64,000 nucleotides of DNA from a virus. Shown one piece after another: positions 16,602-26,208 of this stretch. Under the pieces are notes generated by a model. That model saw nothing but the letters and a program-made list of their open reading frames with translations, searched no databases and was not told where the DNA came from. Positions within the stretch are counted from its first letter, which is position 1. Each line of letters opens with the position of its first letter. The stretch is from IMG/VR virus record IMGVR_UViG_2731639221_000003, positions 3,072 through 67,071 of that record. One strand, written 5' to 3'. The translations under genes and the position numbers were made by a program.

Positions 16602-18139
16602 TCTGCTGCTATCTTACGTTGGGTATTCGTTTTATTCATACCGTCATAAGGTTGCTGCATAGCGAGTGCTTCCCTTTCGTCTTTTTGTTCCTGCTCCTTC
16701 TGCTTTTTGAGGCGGTTCTGCTCGTCTGCTGCTGAGTAGACCGATACTTCGGATGCGGTTTCTTTTGAAGTAAAGCCCGATGTTACACCCATAACTAAGT
16801 TATTGGTAATCTCGTTATCGTTTTGGTGAACGTAGATGGATATATCGCCTCTGAGGTCTAGTTTTTTGAAATCGGAAACGGAATTGCCTTCTTCCATTGC
16901 ATAGCCTTCTTTGAAAAGGGATATGATAGTATCGAACGACTTATTGTAAAAGTTTTTATCGTTTAATCCCTGTTCTATGGCTGGTGAATACATAATCTTT
17001 ATAGTCACGCCGGGTAAATCTCCTGCGGGTGTTTCGGGGGGTAGTACGGTAAAGCTCCCCATCAGTATATATTTGAGGGTTTCTTTGAGTTGGAGTTCGA
17101 AGGAACTACTGGCATCTGCTCTCTCCATAAATTTTGCATCCCCTTCCTCATTATTGAATAACAATGCTCTGGCTTGTCCCGCCAAAGTGCCTTGAACCTC
17201 AACATCGCCTTTAATTATCATTATACGAAAGGCATAGGCTTTGTTATTTTCGAATAGCTGTGACAGGGCAAGTTCGAGTTTGTCGATCAAATCCTGAACG
17301 GCAGACCAACATGCACCATCTTCATTTTTAAGGTAAACGATTGGCATAGTTGTGAAGCCATGCGGTACGGGTGCATCTACGACGAACCAACCTTCTGTAT
17401 CTGGAGTGTCTGATAAAGTCGGGAGGAAAGTCTTAGTGTCCCATACAATTGATTTTCCTGCTTTGGAATCCGTTGAATAAGAAAGCAATGTGCAATATTT
17501 TCCGTCCCAGACTTCCATATAAGGTACGTCCTCATTTCGCTCGAAGTCGTAGGCGGTGAAGCTGCGACCAAACAGACGGAGCTTGCCTTTGGCATCGAAT
17601 ACAGGGTGTAATCCGTCGCCTTTGAGAAATGAGAAAACACGATACGCAAACTGCTTGTTTTCCATGTAGGCACAGAATGCGGCATCGCCACAGGCTTTGA
17701 CCGACTGGCAAAAATCGAACTTGGCGGTTTCCATATTCCGTTTATCCCAGCCTTGCTTGAACTTCATAAAGGTTTCGGCTTCGGAATCTGAGGGGTTGAG
17801 ATTGTGATGTATGAATTTGATTTTGTCGCCGCAAAGGTGTGTGAGGTGTTTTTCGAGTATGACTTTCTGTAAGGGTACTGCGACTCTCTCGATGGGGACT
17901 TCTACTAGGCGTTTTTTACCTGTGGGTTCGCCGTTCCCATCTAGGATAGGCATTTCTTTTTTTATATCTTCGTAGTATGTAGGGTCGTTGATCTTATGTC
18001 CGTCAGGGTCTAGTTCTGCTAGGAACTCTGCCTGATAGACTTCCCTTCGGAATAGTTTTTTCGATTGAAAGCCACGATTGGGAAGGTTGCGGTAGAATCG
18101 TTCCCGTTGGTTATAGATTTGGTCTGAGGTTATTGGCAT
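16598..18139 (-). CDS. Portal protein (SPP1 gp6-like)
   Basis: 513 aa, helical, between terL and the gpF-like gene; C-terminal SKETA...E..RL pattern. Confidence 0.8.
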   Translation of the reverse strand: MPITSDQIYNQRERFYRNLPNRGFQSKKLFRREVYQAEFLAELDPDGHKINDPTYYEDIKKEMPILDGNGEPTGKKRLVEVPIERVAVPLQKVILEKHLTHLCGDKIKFIHHNLNPSDSEAETFMKFKQGWDKRNMETAKFDFCQSVKACGDAAFCAYMENKQFAYRVFSFLKGDGLHPVFDAKGKLRLFGRSFTAYDFERNEDVPYMEVWDGKYCTLLSYSTDSKAGKSIVWDTKTFLPTLSDTPDTEGWFVVDAPVPHGFTTMPIVYLKNEDGACWSAVQDLIDKLELALSQLFENNKAYAFRIMIIKGDVEVQGTLAGQARALLFNNEEGDAKFMERADASSSFELQLKETLKYILMGSFTVLPPETPAGDLPGVTIKIMYSPAIEQGLNDKNFYNKSFDTIISLFKEGYAMEEGNSVSDFKKLDLRGDISIYVHQNDNEITNNLVMGVTSGFTSKETASEVSVYSAADEQNRLKKQKEQEQKDEREALAMQQPYDGMNKTNTQRKIAAE

Positions 18140-18165
18140 GGGGTTGTGTATTGTTTGTGTGTGTG

Positions 18166-19014
18166 TTAGTCAAATTTTATTTTGTGTTGTTGAATGTTCC
18201 GTGCTTTAAATTCGTCCATACTCAATTTTGAACACCACCATTCAAATATCAAATCGACATCTCTATTAAGTTTTGTAGCATAATATGGGTTTGATTCTAC
18301 AAGATTGGCGATGGCTCGTTTATAGGCTTTTTCTACTTTCGGAAACATTTTTCTATCTCTTGCTATTCCTTTTTTATTAGACATGGGACACATAATGCAA
18401 CCGATTCTGGTATATCCCATATCATAAAGTTCACAGTGCGGCAAGCCTCTAAATTTGAGGAAATCCCATACATCTTTATCACTCCATTCAAGAATTGGAG
18501 AAAGCATGATTTTGTCTTTCCCTTTGATACATGAAACCTCAGTTTCCTTATGAATTACAAACTGGTCGAATGATCCTGAGTATTTATAACCCGATAGTTC
18601 CAGTTCATTTCTTTTAGACCTTCTTACACTCTCGGCTTTTCTAATGCCGAGTATAGTTACCGTACCCGCACCTGATTGCTCTTTGAGTAAATCACAGCAC
18701 CATCGGATTATTCGTGTTGGTAAGCATTTCTTTTTAGGTATGAGTTTATAAATACTTTCTTTGGGTCGGTGGAGTATAACGTCAGGGTAATATTTGCGAA
18801 CAAACTTTATTACCTGCGGCGGGTCAACCGAAGTAAGATTCATGTGTGCCTGAAATTTTACTCCTGCCATTTTTGCTAGTTCATAAATTACTTGCGAGTC
18901 TTTACCTCCAGAGAATGCCAAATAAAAACCATCTTCCGAATCATACTTTAATGCTAATTTTTCAGCTTTCTTTATCAGACTGATTGAATATTCAATCTTG
19001 TGTTTTAAGTTCAT
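18166..19014 (-). CDS. Phosphoadenosine-phosphosulfate (PAPS) reductase-family protein
   Basis: PP-loop AFSGGKDS, RWCC..LKE, GIRKAES.RRS, RIGCIMCP. Confidence 0.88.
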   Translation of the reverse strand: MNLKHKIEYSISLIKKAEKLALKYDSEDGFYLAFSGGKDSQVIYELAKMAGVKFQAHMNLTSVDPPQVIKFVRKYYPDVILHRPKESIYKLIPKKKCLPTRIIRWCCDLLKEQSGAGTVTILGIRKAESVRRSKRNELELSGYKYSGSFDQFVIHKETEVSCIKGKDKIMLSPILEWSDKDVWDFLKFRGLPHCELYDMGYTRIGCIMCPMSNKKGIARDRKMFPKVEKAYKRAIANLVESNPYYATKLNRDVDLIFEWWCSKLSMDEFKARNIQQHKIKFD

Positions 19015-19037
19015 TTTGTGTTAAGTATTGTGTGTGT

Positions 19038-20636
19038 TTATAGCATCCATACATTTTTTCTTATAGCTTTGGGATTCTTTACCTCGAAATATTCACGCAT
19101 GAAAAAGGATTCCATAAAGTCGGGCGAGCGTCCGATCACTTTCTTCATTTCGACTTTTGAGATTAGCCGCCAATTCTTATCGGGGTCGGTATCGTCCTGT
19201 GCTACGGCTTTGCGTTCTTTCAGCAGAATGTTTTCGAGTGAAACATTTTTGTAGTTCTTGCCTGAGAATTTTTGTTTCAGGAGTGAGGCTTCTATACTGT
19301 AACCCCGTGCTTTCATGCGTTGGACGAACTTGTAGGCACATTCTGCTTTGAGGTTTTCGAACATCGCCCTGTCGCCATTGGTAGGCATTTCTTTATTATT
19401 GAACGGTCTTGCTCTCGGCATAAAGCCTTTAAATACTTGTCCCAGACCGTTGACATCGTAACAGAAGTTTTCTTCCAAAACACCATGCAGTTTGCAAAAA
19501 TCTTTTGCATAGGCTACGGTCTTTTTTGCATCAACCGAAATAACCCGAACATCACGGGCATGGTAGCCTTCCCAATACCACATCACACACTTGTCGCCAC
19601 CCTCGAAAGCCACATCACAGGTGACGCAGCGTAAACCTTCGTTGTGGTAGGAGTTTGCGAAGAAGTTCTCCATGTCCTCGAACGTTATCAATCCGAATCC
19701 TGCTGTTTTAAACTTCCAGTTCCCGCCTAAATCTCTTGATACTTGCTCGTCTGACTGATTGGCAAGGTTTCCCAAGTAATTGGGATCGGACTTCATTAGT
19801 TTAATATTTTCTTCGAGTTTACCTTCGATGAAGGTGACGGACTTGATAAACATATCTTCTTTGTTGCCAAACTGCTCGTATTCTTTTCGCCAGAGCTTGT
19901 CGATGCGTTCTTTTGCTTGCTCGTAGACTTCCTGTTTGGAATCACCCCAATAAATCTCGTTTACGGTGTCCCCATACATAAAGCAGTAGCGAAGTACTCC
20001 ATTACGTTCGGGTATTGGGATTCCGTCTTCTGCAATCCACCAATCAATGAAAGTGGCTACCCATGAGTCGGGGTCGGGATTACACGTACCTCTGAATCTA
20101 TTCTTAATATTGTGGGCGTTACGATTTGAGGTCAGCAGATATTTAAAGTATTCATAAGGCATGTGGGTAATCTCATCCACACCGACAAAGGACAGTTCAA
20201 GACCCTGAAAGCGTTTTTTGAAATCTTCGAAGGTGTCGGAATAGTAGTCGAATTTGAGTTTACCACCTGAATGGAAATTCCAAGTCATGTCCTGCTGGCT
20301 CTTATTATAAATGCCATATTGGGAATAGATACCGTCTGACTTATCGACGATACCGCCTGTTTTCCTTGAATCATCCTTTTCCTTGCGGAGCAGTGAAGCG
20401 TAGAAATTCGCATTGCGGATGTCGGGCAGGGCTTCCAATAACAGTGAATAAGTTTTTGAGCCTCCCCTTTTGCCCCCAAAGATGCAGATGTCGGCTTCGC
20501 ACATTAAGAATAGTTCCTGACTGCCTTTCTGAGCGATGATATTCAGGGGTGAATCAAGTTCCCGAAGCTGGTTGATATAGTCTAAAGTGTAGACAGGTTC
20601 GGGAAATATGTAGTCCAGTTGTGTTATATTTTCCAT
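19038..20636 (-). CDS. terL: Terminase large subunit
   Basis: Walker A GGKRGGSKT, Walker B VGVDEITH, TCNPD coupling motif, nuclease TCDVA...D and SPDFMES. Confidence 0.92.
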   Translation of the reverse strand: MENITQLDYIFPEPVYTLDYINQLRELDSPLNIIAQKGSQELFLMCEADICIFGGKRGGSKTYSLLLEALPDIRNANFYASLLRKEKDDSRKTGGIVDKSDGIYSQYGIYNKSQQDMTWNFHSGGKLKFDYYSDTFEDFKKRFQGLELSFVGVDEITHMPYEYFKYLLTSNRNAHNIKNRFRGTCNPDPDSWVATFIDWWIAEDGIPIPERNGVLRYCFMYGDTVNEIYWGDSKQEVYEQAKERIDKLWRKEYEQFGNKEDMFIKSVTFIEGKLEENIKLMKSDPNYLGNLANQSDEQVSRDLGGNWKFKTAGFGLITFEDMENFFANSYHNEGLRCVTCDVAFEGGDKCVMWYWEGYHARDVRVISVDAKKTVAYAKDFCKLHGVLEENFCYDVNGLGQVFKGFMPRARPFNNKEMPTNGDRAMFENLKAECAYKFVQRMKARGYSIEASLLKQKFSGKNYKNVSLENILLKERKAVAQDDTDPDKNWRLISKVEMKKVIGRSPDFMESFFMREYFEVKNPKAIRKNVWML

Positions 20637-20645
20637 CTAAGTATT

Positions 20646-20728
20646 AAAAATAAAAGCCCGATACTCCCCCCTAAAGAGAATATCGGGCTTACTGCCTCTA
20701 TATTTGTATATTTATACATACAAATATA
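20646..20728 (-). promoter_or_regulatory. Late-leader element 2 (TATATTTG...AGAGGCA, AGCCC/GGGCT hairpin, U-tract) for the terL operon
   Basis: Minus strand TAGAGGCAGTAAGCCCGATATTCTC...GAGTATCGGGCTTTTATTTTT; palindrome TATATTTGTAT/ATACAAATATA at 20699-20728. Confidence 0.8.
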
Positions 20729-20826
20729 GCTATTTATGTATATATATCCAATAATATATCCTAAATCGTCCTATATTTGCATATTAATACAATTGTTTGT
20801 ATATTTGTAATCACAATTAACCTTAG

Positions 20827-21045
20827 ATGGACGGAAACGAAATATACACACAAACACAAACTGACAATTTCATTAATTCCTATGAGACAACAGACGGAAA
20901 ACGATTCGAATGTCATTGTGGTGTACTTCTTTTTAAAGTGGTCGGCAATAAATTACAGTTTAAGTGCAGATACTCAAAATGCAAAAAGATACACGAAATC
21001 GACATACTTGAATTAGTGCATAAAATCAGGTCAGGAGAGGTTTAA
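20827..21045 (+). CDS. Mu Com-like zinc-ribbon regulator
   Basis: FECHCGVLLFK...LQFKCRYSKCKKIHEI (four-Cys ribbon), 72 aa. Confidence 0.6.
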   Translation: MDGNEIYTQTQTDNFINSYETTDGKRFECHCGVLLFKVVGNKLQFKCRYSKCKKIHEIDILELVHKIRSGEV

Positions 21046-21156
21046 TACATATTGAGCATTTGCGGGTATATCGTTTGCTGTTCTCCACCAGCAAGGTTTT
21101 TCGATATTTCCCGCACGACATAAGGAAGTCTACTTCCGCAAACATATACTATAATG

Positions 21157-21211
21157 AGAGGCATAAAGCCCGATATACAGTTAACAAATAACTGTGCATC
21201 GGGCTTTTTTT
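21157..21211 (+). promoter_or_regulatory. Late-leader element 3 upstream of the scaffold/capsid operon
   Basis: AGAGGCATAAAGCCCGATATACAG...CTGTGCATCGGGCTTTTTTT. Confidence 0.8.
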
Positions 21212-21238
21212 ATTAACACAAACTATTACAAAACACAC

Positions 21239-21892
21239 ATGGAGAAAGAAAAACTTTCCGCAGACTTAAAGGGATTGGTTGGAGAAACCAGCTTGTCAGA
21301 CAGAACTTGGAACGACTATTTAGAACAATCAGTTATACCGCACCTTCCGAGCGAGGAAGATAAGATTGGCGACTATCTGGGAAAACATGCAATCGCTTTG
21401 AAGTCGATTAACGGTCAATTGAATAACGAAGTCGCCACACGGGTAAATGACTTTAAAAAGAACTACAAACCTGTTGCAGTTAACAGTGAGCAGTCAACAG
21501 TTGACAATCCAGACAAATCAGTACAACATGCCGATAATGAAAAGCTGACGGATTTGGAAACACGCCTGCAACGATTTGAGAAGGTAGAAGCTGAAAAGAA
21601 AGCCGCAAAAGCTAAAACCGAGAAACTGACGGAGGTCAAAAAACTGATGCAGAAAGAAGGTTCTACAAATGAAACGGTTATCGGCTTAATCCTTCCACAG
21701 TTAAAAATCCGAGAGGACTTAACAGCCGAAGATTTAGCCAAAGCAGGGAAAACGCTGTATGACAAAGCATACACCGACCTCTACGGTGAAACGTATGTTC
21801 CTGCATTTGGCGGTAACTCAACGCTAGGCTCACAAAAAGGCGATAAAGATGCTTACATGAAGCATTTAAAAGAAACAGGCAGAATAAAATAA
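21239..21892 (+). CDS. Probable capsid scaffolding protein (start re-assigned to 21239)
   Basis: Charged coiled-coil protein at the head of the capsid operon. Confidence 0.55.
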   Translation: MEKEKLSADLKGLVGETSLSDRTWNDYLEQSVIPHLPSEEDKIGDYLGKHAIALKSINGQLNNEVATRVNDFKKNYKPVAVNSEQSTVDNPDKSVQHADNEKLTDLETRLQRFEKVEAEKKAAKAKTEKLTEVKKLMQKEGSTNETVIGLILPQLKIREDLTAEDLAKAGKTLYDKAYTDLYGETYVPAFGGNSTLGSQKGDKDAYMKHLKETGRIK

Positions 21893-21918
21893 CCTAACAC
21901 AAACACAAAACTCACAGC

Positions 21919-22548
21919 ATGGGAACATTTAACACTTATGGGAATAAGTCAAAGAAATACGGCGGTGCTTACCCTGTATGGCTGACTGTTAGCCAGAAAG
22001 AAAGAAGCGGGGGTACGCTCGACGAATTACCTCCAGTCGGTACGGTGATACGCTCCGGCTCGCTTGTCAGCATTGACGGTGCGGGAGGAAAGGCAAAGAT
22101 TGTCCCGACTTTCGAATTGGCTGAAAAAGTATTAGACACTCAAACCTACATCAAAGTGCATGCACACAAAAGCCATCCTGTACCGAAAGTAGGCATGAAC
22201 ATTATGAAAGCTCCCACAACTGTCGGTGGAACAGGTAAAGGAGCAACGATTATGGATGTAGAGCATGACCCTGTAAATAATATTTACATACTGACTATTG
22301 CAACAGGTCAATTAGGCACAGCAGCCATAGGCGACATTCTGGTTGAAGCCGATAAAGCGGATAACGGGGCGAAAATAGTTGCTGTACCAACAGGGTTAAC
22401 CGAAAACGATGTCTGGATTGAAGATGGCGACTATGCCGCAACCCTCGCCAGTGTATTTCACGGCGAAATAATGGAAGATCGCATACAACCAATTCCCGAT
22501 TGCATCAAAGCCGTTTTGCCACAAATCAAATTTCAAAAAGGAATCTAA
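21919..22548 (+). CDS. Probable head decoration / minor capsid protein
   Basis: Beta-rich 209 aa protein immediately upstream of the major capsid gene. Confidence 0.55.
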   Translation: MGTFNTYGNKSKKYGGAYPVWLTVSQKERSGGTLDELPPVGTVIRSGSLVSIDGAGGKAKIVPTFELAEKVLDTQTYIKVHAHKSHPVPKVGMNIMKAPTTVGGTGKGATIMDVEHDPVNNIYILTIATGQLGTAAIGDILVEADKADNGAKIVAVPTGLTENDVWIEDGDYAATLASVFHGEIMEDRIQPIPDCIKAVLPQIKFQKGI

Positions 22549-22551
22549 CCT

Positions 22552-23712
22552 ATGACACCTAGAGACACAAACTATTACGACCTTATACGACATGGATTCG
22601 CTAACGAATCCTATCAGGAATTTGTAGATACCTATTTGGCAAGCCTGTATAACGGACGCAAGACCGACGGTTTCGAGTGGGATGCCGACATACAGATCGA
22701 CTTCACGTACCACCAGATTCAGGCAGAATTAGGACTGAACACGATGCCTACTTATGTAGATATTGATTCACCGAGTGTATATAAACACCATGAAGGTTTC
22801 GAGCTTTCAAGCGGTACAATACCCCGTGCCAAACACGGTTATGCACTGAATGAGAAAATCCTTCGTGAAGAAATGATTTTCGCCCAGAGGACAGGGAAGT
22901 TTTCAACCAACCTCAGTCAAAAAATGAGGGATTTGGTTTTCGACCACACATCGAAACTGATAGGCGGTAACTACAACGGTTTGACATACCAGCGAGATCA
23001 GATGGTATCGACAGGCTCGTTCGTACTGGATGCGAGCAACAACCCTGCGGGTATCAAGAACATTACATTTTCGGCTAAGATTCCGACAACCAACCATGTG
23101 ACGCTGACAGGCACTAAACGCTGGTTCACGGACGACAGTAATGTCGAAGGAACGGCAAGCGACCCGATCAAAGATTTGAAGAAACAAACCTACGATCTGA
23201 AACGCAAAGGGGTTTCAGCTATGCACTTCGAGGTGGATTACCTGACATTCCGCAGGACGATGGAACATTCCAAAATAAGGACTGCCATTGCACTGAATAT
23301 TCATCCGATGGCTGATGCCGCAAATATTGCAGCTTTGGGTGCGGTTCTGGACGAATCGGTTGTGAAATCGAAACTGGAAGGTATAATCGGTTGCCCGATT
23401 AAGGTAATCGACAATATTGTAGCGGTTGAGAAATTCGACAAAGCGGAAGGCAAAGTCATTAAAGAACAAATACGCTCATTCAAATCGGATGTATGGGTAT
23501 TAGTTCCAGACGGACAACTCGGCTCGATCAAAGCGGTAGAGCCTATCGCCATGCCCGACCCTGCGGCTCGATTGGCTTGGTACGACGGTGGACGCACTAT
23601 TTTAAAACAATGGTACGATACCAGAACCAACACCCAATATATCGAATCGGAATTGACGGCATTGGTCGTACCTAACAAACCTCAGTACATGTTGTATTTG
23701 ACTATCGCCTGA
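22552..23712 (+). CDS. Major capsid protein
   Basis: 386 aa, HK97-fold-like size and position; C-terminal ALVVPNKPQYMLYLTI. Confidence 0.75.
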   Translation: MTPRDTNYYDLIRHGFANESYQEFVDTYLASLYNGRKTDGFEWDADIQIDFTYHQIQAELGLNTMPTYVDIDSPSVYKHHEGFELSSGTIPRAKHGYALNEKILREEMIFAQRTGKFSTNLSQKMRDLVFDHTSKLIGGNYNGLTYQRDQMVSTGSFVLDASNNPAGIKNITFSAKIPTTNHVTLTGTKRWFTDDSNVEGTASDPIKDLKKQTYDLKRKGVSAMHFEVDYLTFRRTMEHSKIRTAIALNIHPMADAANIAALGAVLDESVVKSKLEGIIGCPIKVIDNIVAVEKFDKAEGKVIKEQIRSFKSDVWVLVPDGQLGSIKAVEPIAMPDPAARLAWYDGGRTILKQWYDTRTNTQYIESELTALVVPNKPQYMLYLTIA

Positions 23713-23714
23713 AA

Positions 23715-24242
23715 ATGGAAATAGCAATCGACATAATCGGTGAAGGAAAAGTGGAAAAGGTGGCAGATTCCAATTCTGCCACTCTGACCGCTATCCCGAA
23801 CGAAAACTGGACTTTCAAACATTTCCTGATCGGTAATACCGCAACATCTGAAAACCCAATATCAGTAACGGTTACAGAGGTAACGGCTGTATTCTATATC
23901 AGCATTGAGGACTATCTGAAAGGGTTGGTCGGCTTTGATGTTACAGAATCGGTTTTGAACTCGATCAGAATTTACCGTGAGATAAAAAAAAGGACGGATG
24001 TAGCCGAATTATCGACCAAACAAAGGGATTTGCTTTATGCAGACCTGTTGATGTGGGCTTCGACCTCTCCGACCTCATACACGGGGACGAAAGAGGCAGA
24101 CGGTGGATGGTCGAAAACAGAAGCGAACAAAACGATTTCGGTAACGGATAAGAAACGCTTTGAAAATCTAGCCATGTCGATCTATAAGAAATATCTGGAT
24201 AGAAAATATAACCCAAGTATAAAGATTGTAAACCTATGGTAG
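23715..24242 (+). CDS. Head-tail connector with an N-terminal small beta-repeat domain
   Basis: ATLTAIPNENWTFKHF repeat-like module plus DLLYADL...GGWSKTE; follows the capsid gene. Confidence 0.6.
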   Translation: MEIAIDIIGEGKVEKVADSNSATLTAIPNENWTFKHFLIGNTATSENPISVTVTEVTAVFYISIEDYLKGLVGFDVTESVLNSIRIYREIKKRTDVAELSTKQRDLLYADLLMWASTSPTSYTGTKEADGGWSKTEANKTISVTDKKRFENLAMSIYKKYLDRKYNPSIKIVNLW

Positions 24243-24583
24243 ATAATCCGAGATTTCCCCACTATGTAAAGATATTCAGAGCAAAGACCGACACGAACGG
24301 TACGCCTGTAATCGACCCCGCAACGGGTGAGGAACTATTTGAATCCGTATTCGGGTCACAATGTGGTATGAGGGACATGGTACGGGGCTGGGATATTGAT
24401 GTAGAGGTTGTCAAAGCCGATTACAAGCTGGCACTGCCAAAGCATAACATCATTATCAAAAAAGGGGATTATCTGGAATTTACCAACTCGATCACGGGTG
24501 AAGTGAAGAAAGGCAGGGTCGAAGAATCGAAAATCTTTAATCTGGGGGCGAACATCTGGTTTAATGAAAACGGAAACGGATAA
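24236..24583 (+). CDS. Head closure / head-tail adaptor
   Basis: Position, size, N-terminal NPRFPH motif. Confidence 0.55.
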   Translation: MVDNPRFPHYVKIFRAKTDTNGTPVIDPATGEELFESVFGSQCGMRDMVRGWDIDVEVVKADYKLALPKHNIIIKKGDYLEFTNSITGEVKKGRVEESKIFNLGANIWFNENGNG

Positions 24584-24618
24584 TTAATCAGTTAACAGTC
24601 AGCAGTAATCAGTTATCA

Positions 24619-25143
24619 ATGAAAAGTATAGAGAAGCAGTTTGAGGATATACAGAACGATATTTATAAGGATATGTACTATTATATCGTACCTGAAATGA
24701 CGAAGTTCGGTATAAGGATGGTTAGCGATGTATTACCTAACCAAGCCAAATACAGAAACCTGACGGGAAACACAATAACCTCGCTTGCCTTCGGAATCTA
24801 TTACATGGGAAACCTTGAAATAATGGGATTCAATAATCACTACCCGCCACCGATACGCAATAAGCTAATCAAAGGAGAGGAACTGTTCGATTTTGAGGAC
24901 TACGACGGAAATATACGGAAGTATTTTCGGGCTAAAGTACAGACTGACGCAGGCTACGGAACGAACACTTCGATGGAGTTTTTAAAAGGCTATCAATCAA
25001 CCCGACAATTCGCCATCGTATTCACCACTGGAACGGAATACTCGGAATACTTGGAAAAAACACGCAAACTGAATGTACTCTCGGACGGCTACGATTATTC
25101 AATCACCGCATTTATAAAGAGCTTCAAACCTATCAGAAAATGA
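24619..25143 (+). CDS. Neck / tail-completion protein (HK97 gp10-like)
   Basis: YRNLTGNTITS...GTEYSEYLE...NVLS pattern. Confidence 0.6.
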   Translation: MKSIEKQFEDIQNDIYKDMYYYIVPEMTKFGIRMVSDVLPNQAKYRNLTGNTITSLAFGIYYMGNLEIMGFNNHYPPPIRNKLIKGEELFDFEDYDGNIRKYFRAKVQTDAGYGTNTSMEFLKGYQSTRQFAIVFTTGTEYSEYLEKTRKLNVLSDGYDYSITAFIKSFKPIRK

Positions 25144-25535
25144 ACCGCAATTTCGATATAGAAAAAATAGAAGATGTACTGGCAAACGCTGTGAAAGCGG
25201 GGATTGTAACGCAGAAGGTATTCAAAGGGCAACGCCCGAACGTAGATGCGAACATGAGCGATTTTGCAGTGGTATCGGTAGTAACCAGAGTAACGGACAG
25301 GGGGGCATTGGGGCGGTGTACATGCCGTATCGAACTGTTTGCAAAAAATCTGTCGAACGGAGAAAAGAACGGGACAAAACTCAGCCTGATGTACAACAAA
25401 CTGACAGACATATTTCCGATACAGGACAATACCTACTTATTCGACATCTACCCTGTTACAATTCCATTGGGAAATGACGACTATGGCTACAATGTCATAG
25501 CCATCCAATTCGCAACACACATCAAAACTTTATAA
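25140..25535 (+). CDS. Tail terminator protein
   Basis: Position before the major tail gene; 131 aa. Confidence 0.55.
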   Translation: MNRNFDIEKIEDVLANAVKAGIVTQKVFKGQRPNVDANMSDFAVVSVVTRVTDRGALGRCTCRIELFAKNLSNGEKNGTKLSLMYNKLTDIFPIQDNTYLFDIYPVTIPLGNDDYGYNVIAIQFATHIKTL

Positions 25536-25549
25536 AACACACTTAACAC

Positions 25550-26089
25550 ATGGCAGCAACCTTAACCAAAGCAGCACTCGACAAGGTATTTGTCGGTATT
25601 TCAAAAATTCAACTTGCACCTGTCGGAGCATTGGCAGTAACAACCTTTGATACTGCGGACGAAATCTTTACCGTAAAGGACAGTGTAAATTTCTCACAAG
25701 CTCAACCGAGTAAAACGGAAATCAAAGTCGATCAGTTTTCCGCACCCATAGCAGCGACTTATGAGGCGGGCGAGTTCTCGCTCACAGGGAGTATTCCGTC
25801 TATTGCCAAAGAAATTCTGGCATACTTCTTCAAAACAAATGCGGCTACTAATCCGGCTATAACAGGATTTACGAAAAGTACCGCTATCGACCTTGAAAAC
25901 AAGATTATCAATGCGATGGTAAAGATCACGAACGCAGCCGGAGATATGGCAATCGTCATTCCACGCTGTGAGTTTATCGCAAACTTCGATTGGAGTTCGA
26001 CTTCTTCCAACGCTTTTGCGGTAGCCTTTACAGCAACACCGAAAATGAATCCTGACGGCAAGGGGGATGTTCTTTTCTACGAGAAATGA
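25550..26089 (+). CDS. Major tail (tube) protein
   Basis: 179 aa, beta-rich, followed by terminator, chaperone and tape measure genes. Confidence 0.75.
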   Translation: MAATLTKAALDKVFVGISKIQLAPVGALAVTTFDTADEIFTVKDSVNFSQAQPSKTEIKVDQFSAPIAATYEAGEFSLTGSIPSIAKEILAYFFKTNAATNPAITGFTKSTAIDLENKIINAMVKITNAAGDMAIVIPRCEFIANFDWSSTSSNAFAVAFTATPKMNPDGKGDVLFYEK

Positions 26090-26091
26090 CA

Positions 26092-26119
26092 CCCCCTAAA
26101 TCCCCCGAATGGGGGACTT
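26092..26119. repeat. REP-like extragenic palindrome CCCCCTAAATCCCCC-N4-GGGGGACTT
   Basis: C-rich leader plus hairpin right after the stop codon; resembles Bacteroidetes REP elements. Confidence 0.55.
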
Positions 26120-26166
26120 TCGCAAAGCGGTATAGCTAATCAGGAAAATACACAACACACAAACCT

Positions 26167-26197
26167 AAAAGGGAAGGGAAATTTCCTTCCCTTTTTT
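26167..26197 (+). terminator. Intrinsic terminator after the major tail gene
   Basis: AAAAGGGAAGG/CCTTCCCTTTT followed by a T-run. Confidence 0.75.
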
Positions 26198-26208
26198 AAT
26201 ACAAAACT

